DNA from: Eubacteriales bacterium
Lineage (GTDB): Bacteria > Bacillota > Clostridia > Oscillospirales > CAG-382
NCBI GenBank assembly: GCA_045587745.1
Contig: JAZNCU010000018.1
Coordinates: 3,434 to 67,433, forward strand
Direction of reading: 5' to 3'
DNA: 64,000 nt
Made by a program: the position numbers and the translations under genes. Positions 42,929-53,053 of the stretch are shown here, in pieces (position 1 is the first letter of the stretch; each line of letters starts with the position of its first letter). The notes under the pieces are model-generated. The model was not told where the DNA came from. It saw only the letters and a list, made by a program, of their open reading frames with translations, and did no database searches.

Positions 42929-44320
42929 TTATCCTGCGAGCATAATAGCCAGCCCGGACAGATCGATAAGATCAACGGTGCCGTCACTATTGATGTCGTT
43001 TTCATCACAGACCTCAACGTATCCATTTGAAAGCAACGTTGCAAGCTCGGACAGGTCAAGCAGGTCCACTATGCCGTCATAGTTGATGTCACCGAGCAGG
43101 AAATCGGGCTGCGGAACATCGGGATATATTATCACGACCTGATTGTCCAATTTGGTGTTCGCATCGCAATTGGGGGATGTGTTTGGCAAATATGTGAGGG
43201 TTCGGGTTGCCGCATCATAATCAAATCCGTAAATCGAGCAGTATTCTCCCTCCGGCAAATCGGGCTGATAAAACAGCTCGCATATTCCCGTTTCGGGGTT
43301 ATAGCTCCAGATAGAATCCGACAGTGAGTACAAAAGAGCGCTTCCGTCGTTGGAAAGCCTGGAATAGTTGCCTCCCCAGAAGCTGCCCTCGTCTGCCATC
43401 CACGTATCATCAACCGACAAAAGCTCGACTCCGTCGGCACGACGAAGCGTTTCGGTTGCCGAATCAATATAGTACAGCTCGCCGCCAAGATACTGTATCT
43501 CAGCGTCGCTGGACTCCCAATATTCGCCCTCAAAGGACTTATCAAAGGGTGTCGTTTCGAAATCGCTTGCGTTGTGACCTCTTGAAATAAGCGTTTGGGA
43601 GGAAATCAGGAAGTTATCGTGATATACACGTCCCGTGACGTCCCACACGGGATCGTCAAAGGTGACGTCAACATGATATTCCATGCCGTTTATAGTGACG
43701 ATGTTCCATACGTGGTTGAGCGCATCCGAATCACAGCTACGGCTCTTTATACCCACAGCGTTCAAAAGCATCGTGTAGGCAAGAGTGTAGCCCATACAAA
43801 CCGATTTGCGATTTACGAGCGCACCGTAGGCGGTATAGGAGGAATCGGGTATCGTTCCGTTAAGATAGCTTTGATAGTCGTACTCGGTGTGCACCGCAAG
43901 CCTGTCGTGAAGCACGAGTGCCTTTTCGGCATCCGATATATCGGCATCAACAAGATCGGCGGTCATACTGTCCACAACGTCACGAAGCTCGGCAAGCTCC
44001 TCGGCATAACCGTCGGTATAAAGGTAAACAAAGCCTAATCCGTTTATCTTGCTGCCCGAGATGATCCAATAAATGGCGCTGACGTGAAACGCCTCGGGAA
44101 TATCGTAAAACACGAAATTGAGCAGATCACTCTGGTTATCGGCAGTTTTGTTGACAGGCACGGAAAAATATACCTGTTCCTCGCAGTTTGAGACCGCCTC
44201 GGATATCTCCGATGCGAGCAAGTACCAATCGGGCTCTCCTGCGGCGGAGGTACAGGTAACGGTTGCCGTGAAAATCATAATTACGGCAAGAACAGCACAC
44301 ACCGTTTTTGAATATCGCAT
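42929..44320 (-). CDS. secreted transglutaminase-like (papain-fold Cys-His-Asp) protein with C-terminal type I dockerin
   Basis: Signal peptide. Core KSVCMGYTLAY...NHVWNIV...YHVDVTFDD. C-terminus DINYDGIVDLLDL ... DINSDGTVDLIDL. ATG 44320 is preferred over TTG 44341. Confidence 0.8.
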   Translation of the reverse strand: MRYSKTVCAVLAVIMIFTATVTCTSAAGEPDWYLLASEISEAVSNCEEQVYFSVPVNKTADNQSDLLNFVFYDIPEAFHVSAIYWIISGSKINGLGFVYLYTDGYAEELAELRDVVDSMTADLVDADISDAEKALVLHDRLAVHTEYDYQSYLNGTIPDSSYTAYGALVNRKSVCMGYTLAYTMLLNAVGIKSRSCDSDALNHVWNIVTINGMEYHVDVTFDDPVWDVTGRVYHDNFLISSQTLISRGHNASDFETTPFDKSFEGEYWESSDAEIQYLGGELYYIDSATETLRRADGVELLSVDDTWMADEGSFWGGNYSRLSNDGSALLYSLSDSIWSYNPETGICELFYQPDLPEGEYCSIYGFDYDAATRTLTYLPNTSPNCDANTKLDNQVVIIYPDVPQPDFLLGDINYDGIVDLLDLSELATLLSNGYVEVCDENDINSDGTVDLIDLSGLAIMLAG

Positions 44321-44381
44321 AGTAACAGCTTCTTTCTTCAAAACTTTGTATGTCGGTTAATAAACTTTAAGCAGTCGGGAA

Positions 44382-45821
44382 TCAATAAGCCTTTGCCCAA
44401 ACTACGTTATGGATCGCATCCTTGCCACAGCAAGCGCACTTTTTACCCTCGATGTTGACCTCGTCAAAGATACAGCGGGAGCCGACACCGGTCTGCGCCT
44501 TTATCGCATCCTCGCAAGCCTCGTCACCGCACCAGGGAGCAAATACAAATCCGTCTCCCTTTTCGTCAAGAACGGCTTTGATCTCCTCGATGCTGTCGCA
44601 TCCGTAGGTATGACGTTCGCGGTTCTCGAGTGCCTTGTTGAACATATCCTTGTGAGCCGTTTCGAGAGCCTTAATAACCGTCTCTCCGATATTTTCGAGC
44701 GAAGCGACGGTCTTTTCGCCGGTGGAACGGGAAACAATAACGCAGTTACCTGCCTCGATATCCCTCGGTCCGAGCTCGATTCTTACGGGAATACCCTTCA
44801 TCTCGTACTCGGCAAACTTCCAGCCTGCACTCATATCGCTGTCATCCAGCTTTACACGGATGCCTGCGGAAAGAAGCTCCTCCCTGAGTGCCGAGCAACG
44901 CTCAAGCACTCCCTCCTTGTGCTGAGCGACAGGGATAATGACCACCTGCACGGGAGCAACCGCAGGGGGAAGAACAAGACCTCTGTCATCGCCGTGAGTC
45001 ATAATGATCGCGCCGATAAGACGGGTGGTAACACCCCAGGACGTCTGGAAGGGATGAACCTTTTTGTTCTCTTTATTGGTATAAGTAATATCAAACGCTT
45101 TTGCAAATCCGTCCCCGAAATAATGGCTGGTGCCTGCCTGAAGCGCCTTACCGTCGTGCATGAGCGCCTCGATAGCGTAGGTCGCCTCGGCGCCTGCAAA
45201 TTTGTCGCTTTCGGTCTTTTTACCCTTTATGACGGGAATAGCAAGGCTTTTCTCGCAAAAATCGGCGTAGACGCCTAACATCTGCTCGGTCTCGGCAATA
45301 GCCTCCTCGGCGGTAGCGTGAACGGTGTGGCCCTCCTGCCAGAGGAACTCACGGGTTCTGAGGAAGGGGCGGGTGGTTTTTTCCCAGCGGACAACACTGC
45401 ACCACTGATTGTATTTTTTGGGAAGGTCTCGGTAGGAATGGATTGTACCCGCGTAATGCTCGCAAAACAGAGTCTCGCTGGTGGGACGCACGCAAAGGCG
45501 CTCCTCGAGAGGCTCGCTTCCGCCGTGAGTGACCCAGGCAACCTCGGGCGCAAAGCCCTCGACGTGATCCTTTTCCTTTTGGAGGAGTCCCTCGGGAATG
45601 AACATGGGCATATACACGTTTTCGTGTCCGGTACGCTTGAACTCGGAATCAAGAATTTTTTGTATATTTTCCCAAATGGCGTAGCCGTACGGACGGAGAA
45701 CGAGACAACCCTTTACCGAGGTGTAATCGCAAAGCTCCGCCTTCTTTACTATATCAGTGTACCATTGGGCAAAATCAACCTCCATTGAGGTGATCTCTTC
45801 AACTGCCTTTTTATCTGCCAT
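44382..45821 (-). CDS. proS: proline--tRNA ligase (archaeal/eukaryote-like type with C-terminal Zn-binding domain)
   Basis: FAQWYTDIV..., class II motifs, and a C-terminal PWCGDEACE...CACCGKDA. Confidence 0.93.
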   Translation of the reverse strand: MADKKAVEEITSMEVDFAQWYTDIVKKAELCDYTSVKGCLVLRPYGYAIWENIQKILDSEFKRTGHENVYMPMFIPEGLLQKEKDHVEGFAPEVAWVTHGGSEPLEERLCVRPTSETLFCEHYAGTIHSYRDLPKKYNQWCSVVRWEKTTRPFLRTREFLWQEGHTVHATAEEAIAETEQMLGVYADFCEKSLAIPVIKGKKTESDKFAGAEATYAIEALMHDGKALQAGTSHYFGDGFAKAFDITYTNKENKKVHPFQTSWGVTTRLIGAIIMTHGDDRGLVLPPAVAPVQVVIIPVAQHKEGVLERCSALREELLSAGIRVKLDDSDMSAGWKFAEYEMKGIPVRIELGPRDIEAGNCVIVSRSTGEKTVASLENIGETVIKALETAHKDMFNKALENRERHTYGCDSIEEIKAVLDEKGDGFVFAPWCGDEACEDAIKAQTGVGSRCIFDEVNIEGKKCACCGKDAIHNVVWAKAY

Positions 45822-45908
45822 TATTTATCATTCCTTTCGGCTAATTTTAATTTTGTTTACAACACGGTGTTGCATTATTTGAAAAAATCATTATAATATA
45901 CTTGATTA

Positions 45909-45937
45909 AGTATAACAGATAAACGTTTGGTTGTCAA
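45909..45937 (-). promoter_or_regulatory. sigma-70-like promoter for proS
   Basis: Minus strand reads TTGACA (45937-45932), 17-nt spacer, TATACT (45914-45909). Confidence 0.5.
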
Positions 45938-45974
45938 TCATCACAGGCGATTATTTTGTTTTCGGAGGACCGCT

Positions 45975-48110
45975 ATGAAAAAACTCGTTTCGCTTTTTGC
46001 ACTGCTTCTTGCGTGCTTTATGATCTTTACCTGTTTCGTCTTTCCTGTGGCTGTTTCGGCCGAGGGAGAGGAGGACAGCTCGTCCGAATCAACTCCCGAG
46101 GAATCAACTCCCGAGGAGTCGGACGGTGAGGAATCAACTCCCGAGGGACCTGTATTTACCGTTACCGTAACGGGCAATCCCGAGGGTGTTGACGTATACT
46201 TTAACGGCAGCGAAGCTCCCGCATCGGAGTTTTCCTCCGCCGAGGACGGAAACGTTGATGTGCGAGTGGTGGCAAAAGAGGGCTACGAGCTTATAAGCGT
46301 AAGCCTTGACGGAAGATATGACAAAACGGTCGATGGCGGCGAGTGCTCCTTTACCGAGAGGTTTAAGGTCAGCGTCGGAAGCTATACCATTGAAGTTGTT
46401 GCCGTTCCCGTTATCGAAAAGGTCAGCCTTTCGGTAGCTGCAGTCGGCATTACGGGTATTACCGTAAACGGAAGCGAATATTCCTCCTCCCTCGAGTTTG
46501 ACAAGGGTACCGAGGTTGCAGTCGCATTCGGCGAAGCCGAGAGCTTTGACGCATCGCTTGCGGTGCTTATCGTTAACGGAAGCTCCCATTCGATGAACGA
46601 CAATACATATACCTTTACCATCGAGAGCAACACCGAGCTGGTGCTCAAATACAACGTGTCTCCCGTTACCGTTACCCTCTCGGGAGGACTGGGCTCTGTC
46701 ACGATATGCGGACATACCGAGTCGCTTGAAGACGCAACGGGCAGCACAGCCTACACCTGCGACGTGACCAACGGCGAGACCGTGACCTTTACCGTTGCTC
46801 CTTATGCCAACTACAAGGTGACCGCCGTGCTCGTGGACGGAATTGCCGTTACGGAGTCGGAGGGTGTTTACTCTGCGGTAGTTTCGAATAGCACCTCTAT
46901 TTCGGTAGTTTTTGCATCCTCGGGCGGAACAACCGTTACCACCAACTACTCACTCACCTTGTCGGTAGGCGCCGGCGGCGTGATTACATATAACGGTGCA
47001 CCCATAAGCGGAACCAGCACCAAGACCGTTGCGGCAGGCAGTCTTGTCACCCTGACCGTGGTACCCGACACGGGATATCAGGTAAAGGCCTTCCGTGTAA
47101 ACGGCGCTGATTGCGCTCTTACCGACAATGCCTACATCATTCCGAGCGTTACGGGCGAGATATCGGTAGTGGTAACGTTTGAGGAGATAGTCGTTCCTCC
47201 CGTTATCACCGATGAGCCCATCAAGGTTTCGGACATCAACTGGAGCGGAAATCAGATCGTGGTTGACATTACCAACCAGACCGAGGTCTCCAAAGAGGTA
47301 TTTGACAAAATTGCCTCTTACACCAACGACGGTGTTTCGTATATCACCTTCAGAGGCACTAACATCATCTGGATGATCGAGCTCGGCTCCAACGTTACCG
47401 TAAGCGGCGACTCGGTCAACCTTGCCGCAACCAAGCTTACGAGCGGAAGCTACTACGATGAGATCGCAAACAGCATAAAGAATGCCACCGATGCCGAGGT
47501 TACCTTCTCGGTATTCACGGTGGACACGGGCGCTCTGTTCCCCGAAACGGTTAAGATTTCGGTTCAGCTCGGCGAAAAGTTTGTCGGCGGCTATGCAGTT
47601 ATGCTCGTTTACGAAAACGGCACCTTCTCTTCCAAGGACAACGCACCCGATGCAGTTCTTGTAGGCACCAACGGCTGGAGCGCCTACTATCCCTACGACA
47701 ACGAGGCTACGCTGTTCTTCTCCAAGAACCTCGGCACTCCCCAGATATCAGTCACCGCCACTGCAGGAATCGGCGGTCTTATCAGCCCCTCGGGAGTTCA
47801 GTCGATTGCTTTCGGCTCGTCGGCGTCCTATACTATCACCGCAAACGAGGGATTTGTGATCAAGCAGCTCCTCGTTGACGGCGTTGCCGTAACCGATGCG
47901 GCAGGTAAAAGTCAGTACGTTTATACTATCGGCTCGGTTGAGTCGGACAAAATAATCGCCGTTGAGTTCGTTTCGGCAGCCGAAGCGGGAGATTCTTCCG
48001 ATGACGGCGGCAGCAATACGATGGTCGTTGTAATAATCATCGTTCTCGTTATTGCTCTGCTGGGTGCGGCATCGCTGTTTATCGTCAAATGGCGTCAGGA
48101 AAAATTTTAA
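45975..48110 (+). CDS. cell-surface protein with multiple Ig-like / divergent InlB-B-repeat-like modules, acidic N-terminal stalk and C-terminal TM anchor
   Basis: ATG 45975 is 6 nt after GGAGG. Signal peptide. Repeated ~75-aa modules (e.g. YSLTLSVGAGGVITYNG...GYQVKAFRVNG...ISVVVTFE; ISVTATAGIGGLISPSG...GFVIKQLLVDG...IIAVEF). Ends in TM + KWRQEKF. Confidence 0.75.
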   Translation: MKKLVSLFALLLACFMIFTCFVFPVAVSAEGEEDSSSESTPEESTPEESDGEESTPEGPVFTVTVTGNPEGVDVYFNGSEAPASEFSSAEDGNVDVRVVAKEGYELISVSLDGRYDKTVDGGECSFTERFKVSVGSYTIEVVAVPVIEKVSLSVAAVGITGITVNGSEYSSSLEFDKGTEVAVAFGEAESFDASLAVLIVNGSSHSMNDNTYTFTIESNTELVLKYNVSPVTVTLSGGLGSVTICGHTESLEDATGSTAYTCDVTNGETVTFTVAPYANYKVTAVLVDGIAVTESEGVYSAVVSNSTSISVVFASSGGTTVTTNYSLTLSVGAGGVITYNGAPISGTSTKTVAAGSLVTLTVVPDTGYQVKAFRVNGADCALTDNAYIIPSVTGEISVVVTFEEIVVPPVITDEPIKVSDINWSGNQIVVDITNQTEVSKEVFDKIASYTNDGVSYITFRGTNIIWMIELGSNVTVSGDSVNLAATKLTSGSYYDEIANSIKNATDAEVTFSVFTVDTGALFPETVKISVQLGEKFVGGYAVMLVYENGTFSSKDNAPDAVLVGTNGWSAYYPYDNEATLFFSKNLGTPQISVTATAGIGGLISPSGVQSIAFGSSASYTITANEGFVIKQLLVDGVAVTDAAGKSQYVYTIGSVESDKIIAVEFVSAAEAGDSSDDGGSNTMVVVIIIVLVIALLGAASLFIVKWRQEKF

Positions 48111-48130
48111 TCTTTTGAAAGAGTGAAATA

Positions 48131-48565
48131 ATGAATCGGATACGTGAATTTGCAGGTCGGACGGTAAAGCTTCTGTCCCTGCTTTGGAAACATCACCGTC
48201 CGTTGGTGATAGGCGTTATTGCGGTGCTTGTCGCAGTGACGGTCTTAATCGTCTGTCTGGCAGGCCCGGGCGGAGAACAGTCCTCCGAAGCATCGGGCGA
48301 TGCCGCCGACTACTCGGAGGGATATCCCGAGTTTGATGGTGAGCTGATAAAAAAGGAGCTGCTTGCCTCCTCGACGGTTTACTATTACAGCGGCGTACAC
48401 CGTGAGGACGTCGATGCTTACGCAAAGCTGCTCGAGCAGGAATGCGGAGCCTCGTTTGGGTCGAGCGGATATCCCACATCGATAGTATGCGAGGATGTGG
48501 TAATTACACTGCACTATAACGCATCCGAGCTTGAGTTTTCGGTTACGTTCACGCATTCAAACTGA
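48131..48565 (+). CDS. hypothetical membrane-anchored protein
   Basis: 144-aa ORF with one N-terminal TM (LVIGVIAVLVAVTVLIVCLA). No family recognised. Confidence 0.6.
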   Translation: MNRIREFAGRTVKLLSLLWKHHRPLVIGVIAVLVAVTVLIVCLAGPGGEQSSEASGDAADYSEGYPEFDGELIKKELLASSTVYYYSGVHREDVDAYAKLLEQECGASFGSSGYPTSIVCEDVVITLHYNASELEFSVTFTHSN

Positions 48566-48586
48566 CTTTAACGCGAGGAATATGCC

Positions 48587-49021
48587 ATGAAAATCAGTAA
48601 CTCCATAAAAGCCATTATAATTGAGGGAACAAAGCTGCTCACCGTCAAGATGAGGTCGGATGAGGGCGTTGAATACTACACTCTTCCCGGCGGAAAACAG
48701 AGAGCCGACGAGCTTATGCTCGATGCGCTCAAGCGAGAGGTCTCGGAGGAGACGGGCTATATTATCGAGCCGAAAAGCCTGCTTTTCATCCGTGAGGGAT
48801 TTAAAGAAGAAAGTCACAGGATCGAGTTTATGTTCATTTGCGATATTGTAGGCAATTCCGACGAGACCGACAGATCCTACGACCGCAATCAGATAGGCAC
48901 AAAGTGGCTGTCGATAGACAACATTCTCCACGAGGAGCTTTATCCTGTTGATATGCGCAATGTTATCAAGCAGTATTTTTTGGGCAAGAGCAACGCCATA
49001 TATCTGGGAGAAATGGAGTAA
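48587..49021 (+). CDS. NUDIX hydrolase
   Basis: Nudix box GGKQRADELMLDALKREVSEETG. Confidence 0.88.
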   Translation: MKISNSIKAIIIEGTKLLTVKMRSDEGVEYYTLPGGKQRADELMLDALKREVSEETGYIIEPKSLLFIREGFKEESHRIEFMFICDIVGNSDETDRSYDRNQIGTKWLSIDNILHEELYPVDMRNVIKQYFLGKSNAIYLGEME

Positions 49022-49026
49022 CAGTT

Positions 49027-50445
49027 ATGTCTGCACACGTTTATACCGCACCCTGCGTAAATACCCATGCGGTTGAGGAATACATAAAAAAATGTGTTGC
49101 CATCAACACCTTCCCAAAATGCATTCAGATACACAAAGGTGATGAGCCGATGCTGAGGATGTGCTTTGCACCCCACTCCTATGATGAGAGGATGCAGGTA
49201 TATTCGCTTTCCAAATCGTTTACCTCTATAGCCTGCGGAATCTGTATGGACGAGGGACTTTTATCCCCCGACACGAAAATTTGCGAGCTGTTTGCCGATA
49301 AAATACCCGCAAATCCCCATCCCTATATACTTCAAATGAGGCTTTGCGACCTCCTTTCGATGCAGAGCGGTCACGGCTGCTGTGCGCTCCCTCTGATGCG
49401 AAATTCCGAGGACTCGCTCAAGACCTTTTTTGAGCAGCCCCTCCCCCACGAGCCGGGCAAGACCTTTGTTTACAGCACGGGTGCGACCTGTCTTTGCGGT
49501 GCGGCGGTAGAGCGTGTTACCGGCAAAAAGCTGGTGGATTTTCTTTACGAGAGGCTATTCTCGGTGCTCGGCATCGAGCGCCCCCTCTGGCTCGAAACGC
49601 ACGACGGACAGACTCTGTCGGGTACGGGACTGCATATTTCGAGCAACGATCTGACAAAATTCGCTCTTTTTCTTAAAAACAAAGGCGTTTGGAACGGCCG
49701 GCGCATAGTCAGCGAGGAGTACATAAAGCAGGCGACGAGCTTCCATTCGGTCGACCCTAACAACGGCTCTCCCGATTGGGTTGCGGGCTACGGCTGGCAG
49801 TTTTGGCTCAACGCAAGGGGCGGATTCAGAGGTGACGGGGGATTCGGACAGTTATGCCTCGTTATGCCCGATGAGACCACCATAACCTTTCTCGGCGAAT
49901 CCGGCAATATGCACGATGAGGTAAGGCTGATCTACGGACTTCTTGATACGATGTATCTCCCCGAGGAGGGCGAGAAGGCTGACCTTGAGGGACTTGTTGC
50001 AAGCCATTACAGCCTCGCAAGAAGCGATAAGGGCGAGCTTGATTTTTGCGTTTCGGTGGAGGAGAATCCCACCGAAATAAGCGAGATATCCTTTACGGGC
50101 GACGAGATACTTCACGTTGTGATGGAAACGGCGTACGGCAAAAAGGAGATTGCCTGCGGAAACGGCTTTTATATCGGCAACCACCTTATGCTCAGATATC
50201 TCTCGGTTTCGATCAACCAGTTCGATTCGAGATTTGGCAGCGTTGAGCCGATATCTGTATACGCCTGCTACACGTTTGAAAACGATAAGCTCTGCGTAGT
50301 TCTGAGGCATATCGACACTCCCCACGTCCAAAAATGGACGTTCGATACCGAAAAGGGCGAGTGGAATATTCACAGCATCACAGGCGAATTAAAGTGCAAA
50401 AGCTTTAAGATACACCTTAAAGAAAACGATTCATCCGATAAGTAA
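49027..50445 (+). CDS. serine hydrolase, beta-lactamase/PBP4* (class C-like) family
   Basis: SxxK as YSLSKSF, followed by a YST block. 472 aa with no signal peptide. Confidence 0.75.
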   Translation: MSAHVYTAPCVNTHAVEEYIKKCVAINTFPKCIQIHKGDEPMLRMCFAPHSYDERMQVYSLSKSFTSIACGICMDEGLLSPDTKICELFADKIPANPHPYILQMRLCDLLSMQSGHGCCALPLMRNSEDSLKTFFEQPLPHEPGKTFVYSTGATCLCGAAVERVTGKKLVDFLYERLFSVLGIERPLWLETHDGQTLSGTGLHISSNDLTKFALFLKNKGVWNGRRIVSEEYIKQATSFHSVDPNNGSPDWVAGYGWQFWLNARGGFRGDGGFGQLCLVMPDETTITFLGESGNMHDEVRLIYGLLDTMYLPEEGEKADLEGLVASHYSLARSDKGELDFCVSVEENPTEISEISFTGDEILHVVMETAYGKKEIACGNGFYIGNHLMLRYLSVSINQFDSRFGSVEPISVYACYTFENDKLCVVLRHIDTPHVQKWTFDTEKGEWNIHSITGELKCKSFKIHLKENDSSDK

Positions 50446-50502
50446 AGCAACCTAAGCCAATAAATTATTTTATTAAATAAATAACGGAGGATTTCCACAC
50501 AC

Positions 50503-51384
50503 ATGAAACGCATTATTTCCATTCTCTCTATCATTGCACTCGTTTCGGCACTCTTTCTTGTAAACGTATCTGCCGCTGACGGTCTTTCCCTCATTCCCGA
50601 GGATGGCACTTGGCTCAAAAACGATAACGGCGGTGCATCCTGTAATCTCGAGTTTGTCGACGGCGCTGCCGTATTCTCGGGCAGCTTTGCAGGCACCTGG
50701 CCCGACACCACCTGCTACTACGATGCCGAGGACTACATCACCGCAGATATCGACGAGTATTCTCTCCACTACGATTTCAACGTAACGGGCGGATTTACTA
50801 ACGTTTCGCTTTTGTTTGCAAACGGCTCAGGCTCCTTCTCCTTCCCTATTGCAAACTCCACTCTCGGCGCAGTTAACTACGATGCCGGAAGCGGCGATCT
50901 CGGTGAGGGCGATTACAGCGGCTACGTTGCGCTGAGCGATTTCGTTAACTCCACCAAGCTCTACGACAACAGCACTTTTGACCAAAACTGTATCGTTGAC
51001 AACGCTATCACCTTCTGCGGTATTCAGGTTTACTCCGTAAGCGGCGGTGTTATTACCGTAAACGCTCTCGAGGTAATTGCAAACGACGATATCGTAGAGG
51101 AGGAATCCAGCGAGCCCGAGGAGTCCACCGAGGAATCTGTCGAGGAATCCGCAGAGGAGTCCGCACAGGAATCCGCAACCGAATCCGACGAGCCTGCCGA
51201 TGAGTCCGAGAAGGCACCTGTCGACGAGTCCGCACAGGAATCCGCAACCGAATCCGACGAGGCACCCGCAGATGACGATTCCGCCGATACCGATAGCGGA
51301 AACGGATGGCTTATCTGGGTCATCATAGCTGTAGCTGCAATAGCAATAGTTGTGGTTGTCATTATCATTCTCAAGAAGAAATAA
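50503..51384 (+). CDS. secreted protein with beta-rich domain, acidic repeat stalk and C-terminal TM anchor
   Basis: Signal peptide ...VNVSAADG. Stalk EESSEPEESTEESVEESAEESAQESATESDE... with a duplicated ~34-bp DNA unit. Ends in TM + KKK. Confidence 0.7.
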   Translation: MKRIISILSIIALVSALFLVNVSAADGLSLIPEDGTWLKNDNGGASCNLEFVDGAAVFSGSFAGTWPDTTCYYDAEDYITADIDEYSLHYDFNVTGGFTNVSLLFANGSGSFSFPIANSTLGAVNYDAGSGDLGEGDYSGYVALSDFVNSTKLYDNSTFDQNCIVDNAITFCGIQVYSVSGGVITVNALEVIANDDIVEEESSEPEESTEESVEESAEESAQESATESDEPADESEKAPVDESAQESATESDEAPADDDSADTDSGNGWLIWVIIAVAAIAIVVVVIIILKKK

Positions 51385-51400
51385 TAAAGCATAAGCGCTC

Positions 51401-51439
51401 AATGGGTTGTTGCTTTTTGCAACAACCCATTATTTTTTT
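51401..51439 (+). terminator. rho-independent terminator
   Basis: AATGGGTTGTTGC-ttttt-GCAACAACCCATT followed by ATTTTTTT. Confidence 0.85.
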
Positions 51440-51496
51440 GCTCTTCGGCTTGTATTCATTAACGGGAGGGACGGCGCATATATTTGGTGTAAAGAG

Positions 51497-53053
51497 GTGA
51501 GGACAATCAAAAAAAACGTTACCTTTTTACTCAAGGGTGCCGCAATAATGACGGTTTTTTCGCTTATCGGAAAAAGCATAGGTGTGTTTTTGCGTCTGTT
51601 TCTCTCGGCACGCATAGGAAGCGAGGGAATGGGACTTTATCAGCTCATAATGAGCGTTTACACAATGTTTTCGACCTTTGCAACGGCAGGATTTACGGTT
51701 TCGGTATCCCGTCTGGTTGCCGAAAAGGACGTCCGTTCTCACTCGGACGCAAGGCTTTTACTCAAAAGCTCCTTTATTGCAAGCGTGGCACTGAGTGCGT
51801 TTTTTACTCTTGCAATGATTTTCGGCTCAAACTATATTGCACGTGCCTTTCTCGCCGACGAAAGATGCGGTCTGCCGCTGCGGATACTTGCGCTCAGTAT
51901 GCCGTTTATGGCACTTGCGGCATGCCTCAAGGGGTGGTTTATCGCCCACGGACGGGTAAGCGTAACGGCAAGCGCATCGCTGCTGGAGCAGCTGATAAAG
52001 CTGGGGGTAATATATCTGTTTCTGTCAGTGATAATGTCCCGTACAAATGATATCGGGGTTCTCTGCTCGGGAATAGTAATAGGCGTTACCGTAAGCGAGG
52101 TCTGCTCGTTTTTGTGCCTTCTGCTTTGCCGATATTTCCCCCGTGATCCAAGCGCAAAAAGTCTCCCGACAAGCACCGAAACCCCTGCCGATTCCATGCG
52201 CTCCCTGCTCAAAGTTACGGCTCCAATCAGCCTCTCGGTGTGGCTGACGAGCCTTCTGCATACAGCCGAAACTCTGCTTATTCCTTTTGTGTTCGAGCAT
52301 TATTCGGGTGACCGGGGCAGTGCGCTCTCGTCCTTTGGAATGATACGTGGAATGGTGGTTCCCCTGCTCTTCTTTCCGTTTGCCTTCCTATCGGCAATGG
52401 TATCGGTTTTTACTCCCGAGATCAGCAGGCTGAATATGCTCCCATCCAAAGCCGAACGCAACTCGCGCATTTCGACGATGATGTCGTTTTCGGTTATGTT
52501 CTCGATAGCGGTCGGAGGTCTGTTCTTCTTTTTATCGCAGGAGCTGGGCGAGGCATTTTACCCCGGAGAGAACACAGGCTACGCAATAAAGCTGCTTGCC
52601 GTCGTGACGCCGTTTATGTATATCGAGACCATCAGCGACGGACTGCTGAAGGCTATCGGAGAGCAGACACAAACCCTTAAATTTACGGTCTACAACTCGG
52701 TTTTGAGAGTGACGTTCATTCTGCTTTTCGTAACGAAAAGCGGCGAAAACGGCTACCTGTGGCTGTTAGTAATTTCAAACACGTTTACATTTCTGCTGTG
52801 CTATTTACGGCTTAAAAAGGTCACGGACATACAGTTGCGTCTATTTGCCGATTGGGGGCTTGGGTTGCTTTACGCCTCCCTTGCGGGACTCGGAGCGAGG
52901 CTGTTTTCGCAGTCGGTGCCGTTTGCCGGCAATACCCTTGCGGCAATGGCAACAGCGGTATACATAGGACTTTTTACTACACAGCTTTTGGTGTTATCCT
53001 TCCCGCGTGTAAGAAATACCCTGTCAAGGATGAGGGCTGCCGAGAGCGTATGA
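51497..53053 (+). CDS. spoVB: stage V sporulation protein B-like MOP/MurJ-superfamily flippase
   Basis: Polytopic. N-terminal LLKGAAIMT..SLIGKSIG...RIGSEGMGLYQL pattern. Directly precedes and overlaps spoIIIAA. The start is uncertain: GTG 51497 is chosen, and the ORF opens at 51407. Confidence 0.75.
   Translation: MRTIKKNVTFLLKGAAIMTVFSLIGKSIGVFLRLFLSARIGSEGMGLYQLIMSVYTMFSTFATAGFTVSVSRLVAEKDVRSHSDARLLLKSSFIASVALSAFFTLAMIFGSNYIARAFLADERCGLPLRILALSMPFMALAACLKGWFIAHGRVSVTASASLLEQLIKLGVIYLFLSVIMSRTNDIGVLCSGIVIGVTVSEVCSFLCLLLCRYFPRDPSAKSLPTSTETPADSMRSLLKVTAPISLSVWLTSLLHTAETLLIPFVFEHYSGDRGSALSSFGMIRGMVVPLLFFPFAFLSAMVSVFTPEISRLNMLPSKAERNSRISTMMSFSVMFSIAVGGLFFFLSQELGEAFYPGENTGYAIKLLAVVTPFMYIETISDGLLKAIGEQTQTLKFTVYNSVLRVTFILLFVTKSGENGYLWLLVISNTFTFLLCYLRLKKVTDIQLRLFADWGLGLLYASLAGLGARLFSQSVPFAGNTLAAMATAVYIGLFTTQLLVLSFPRVRNTLSRMRAAESV

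Noticed and set aside
45822-45940. T-box leader upstream of proS
   Set aside because: The leader is only ~85 nt between the predicted promoter and the start codon. No specifier loop, T-box sequence or terminator/antiterminator pair could be found by eye.
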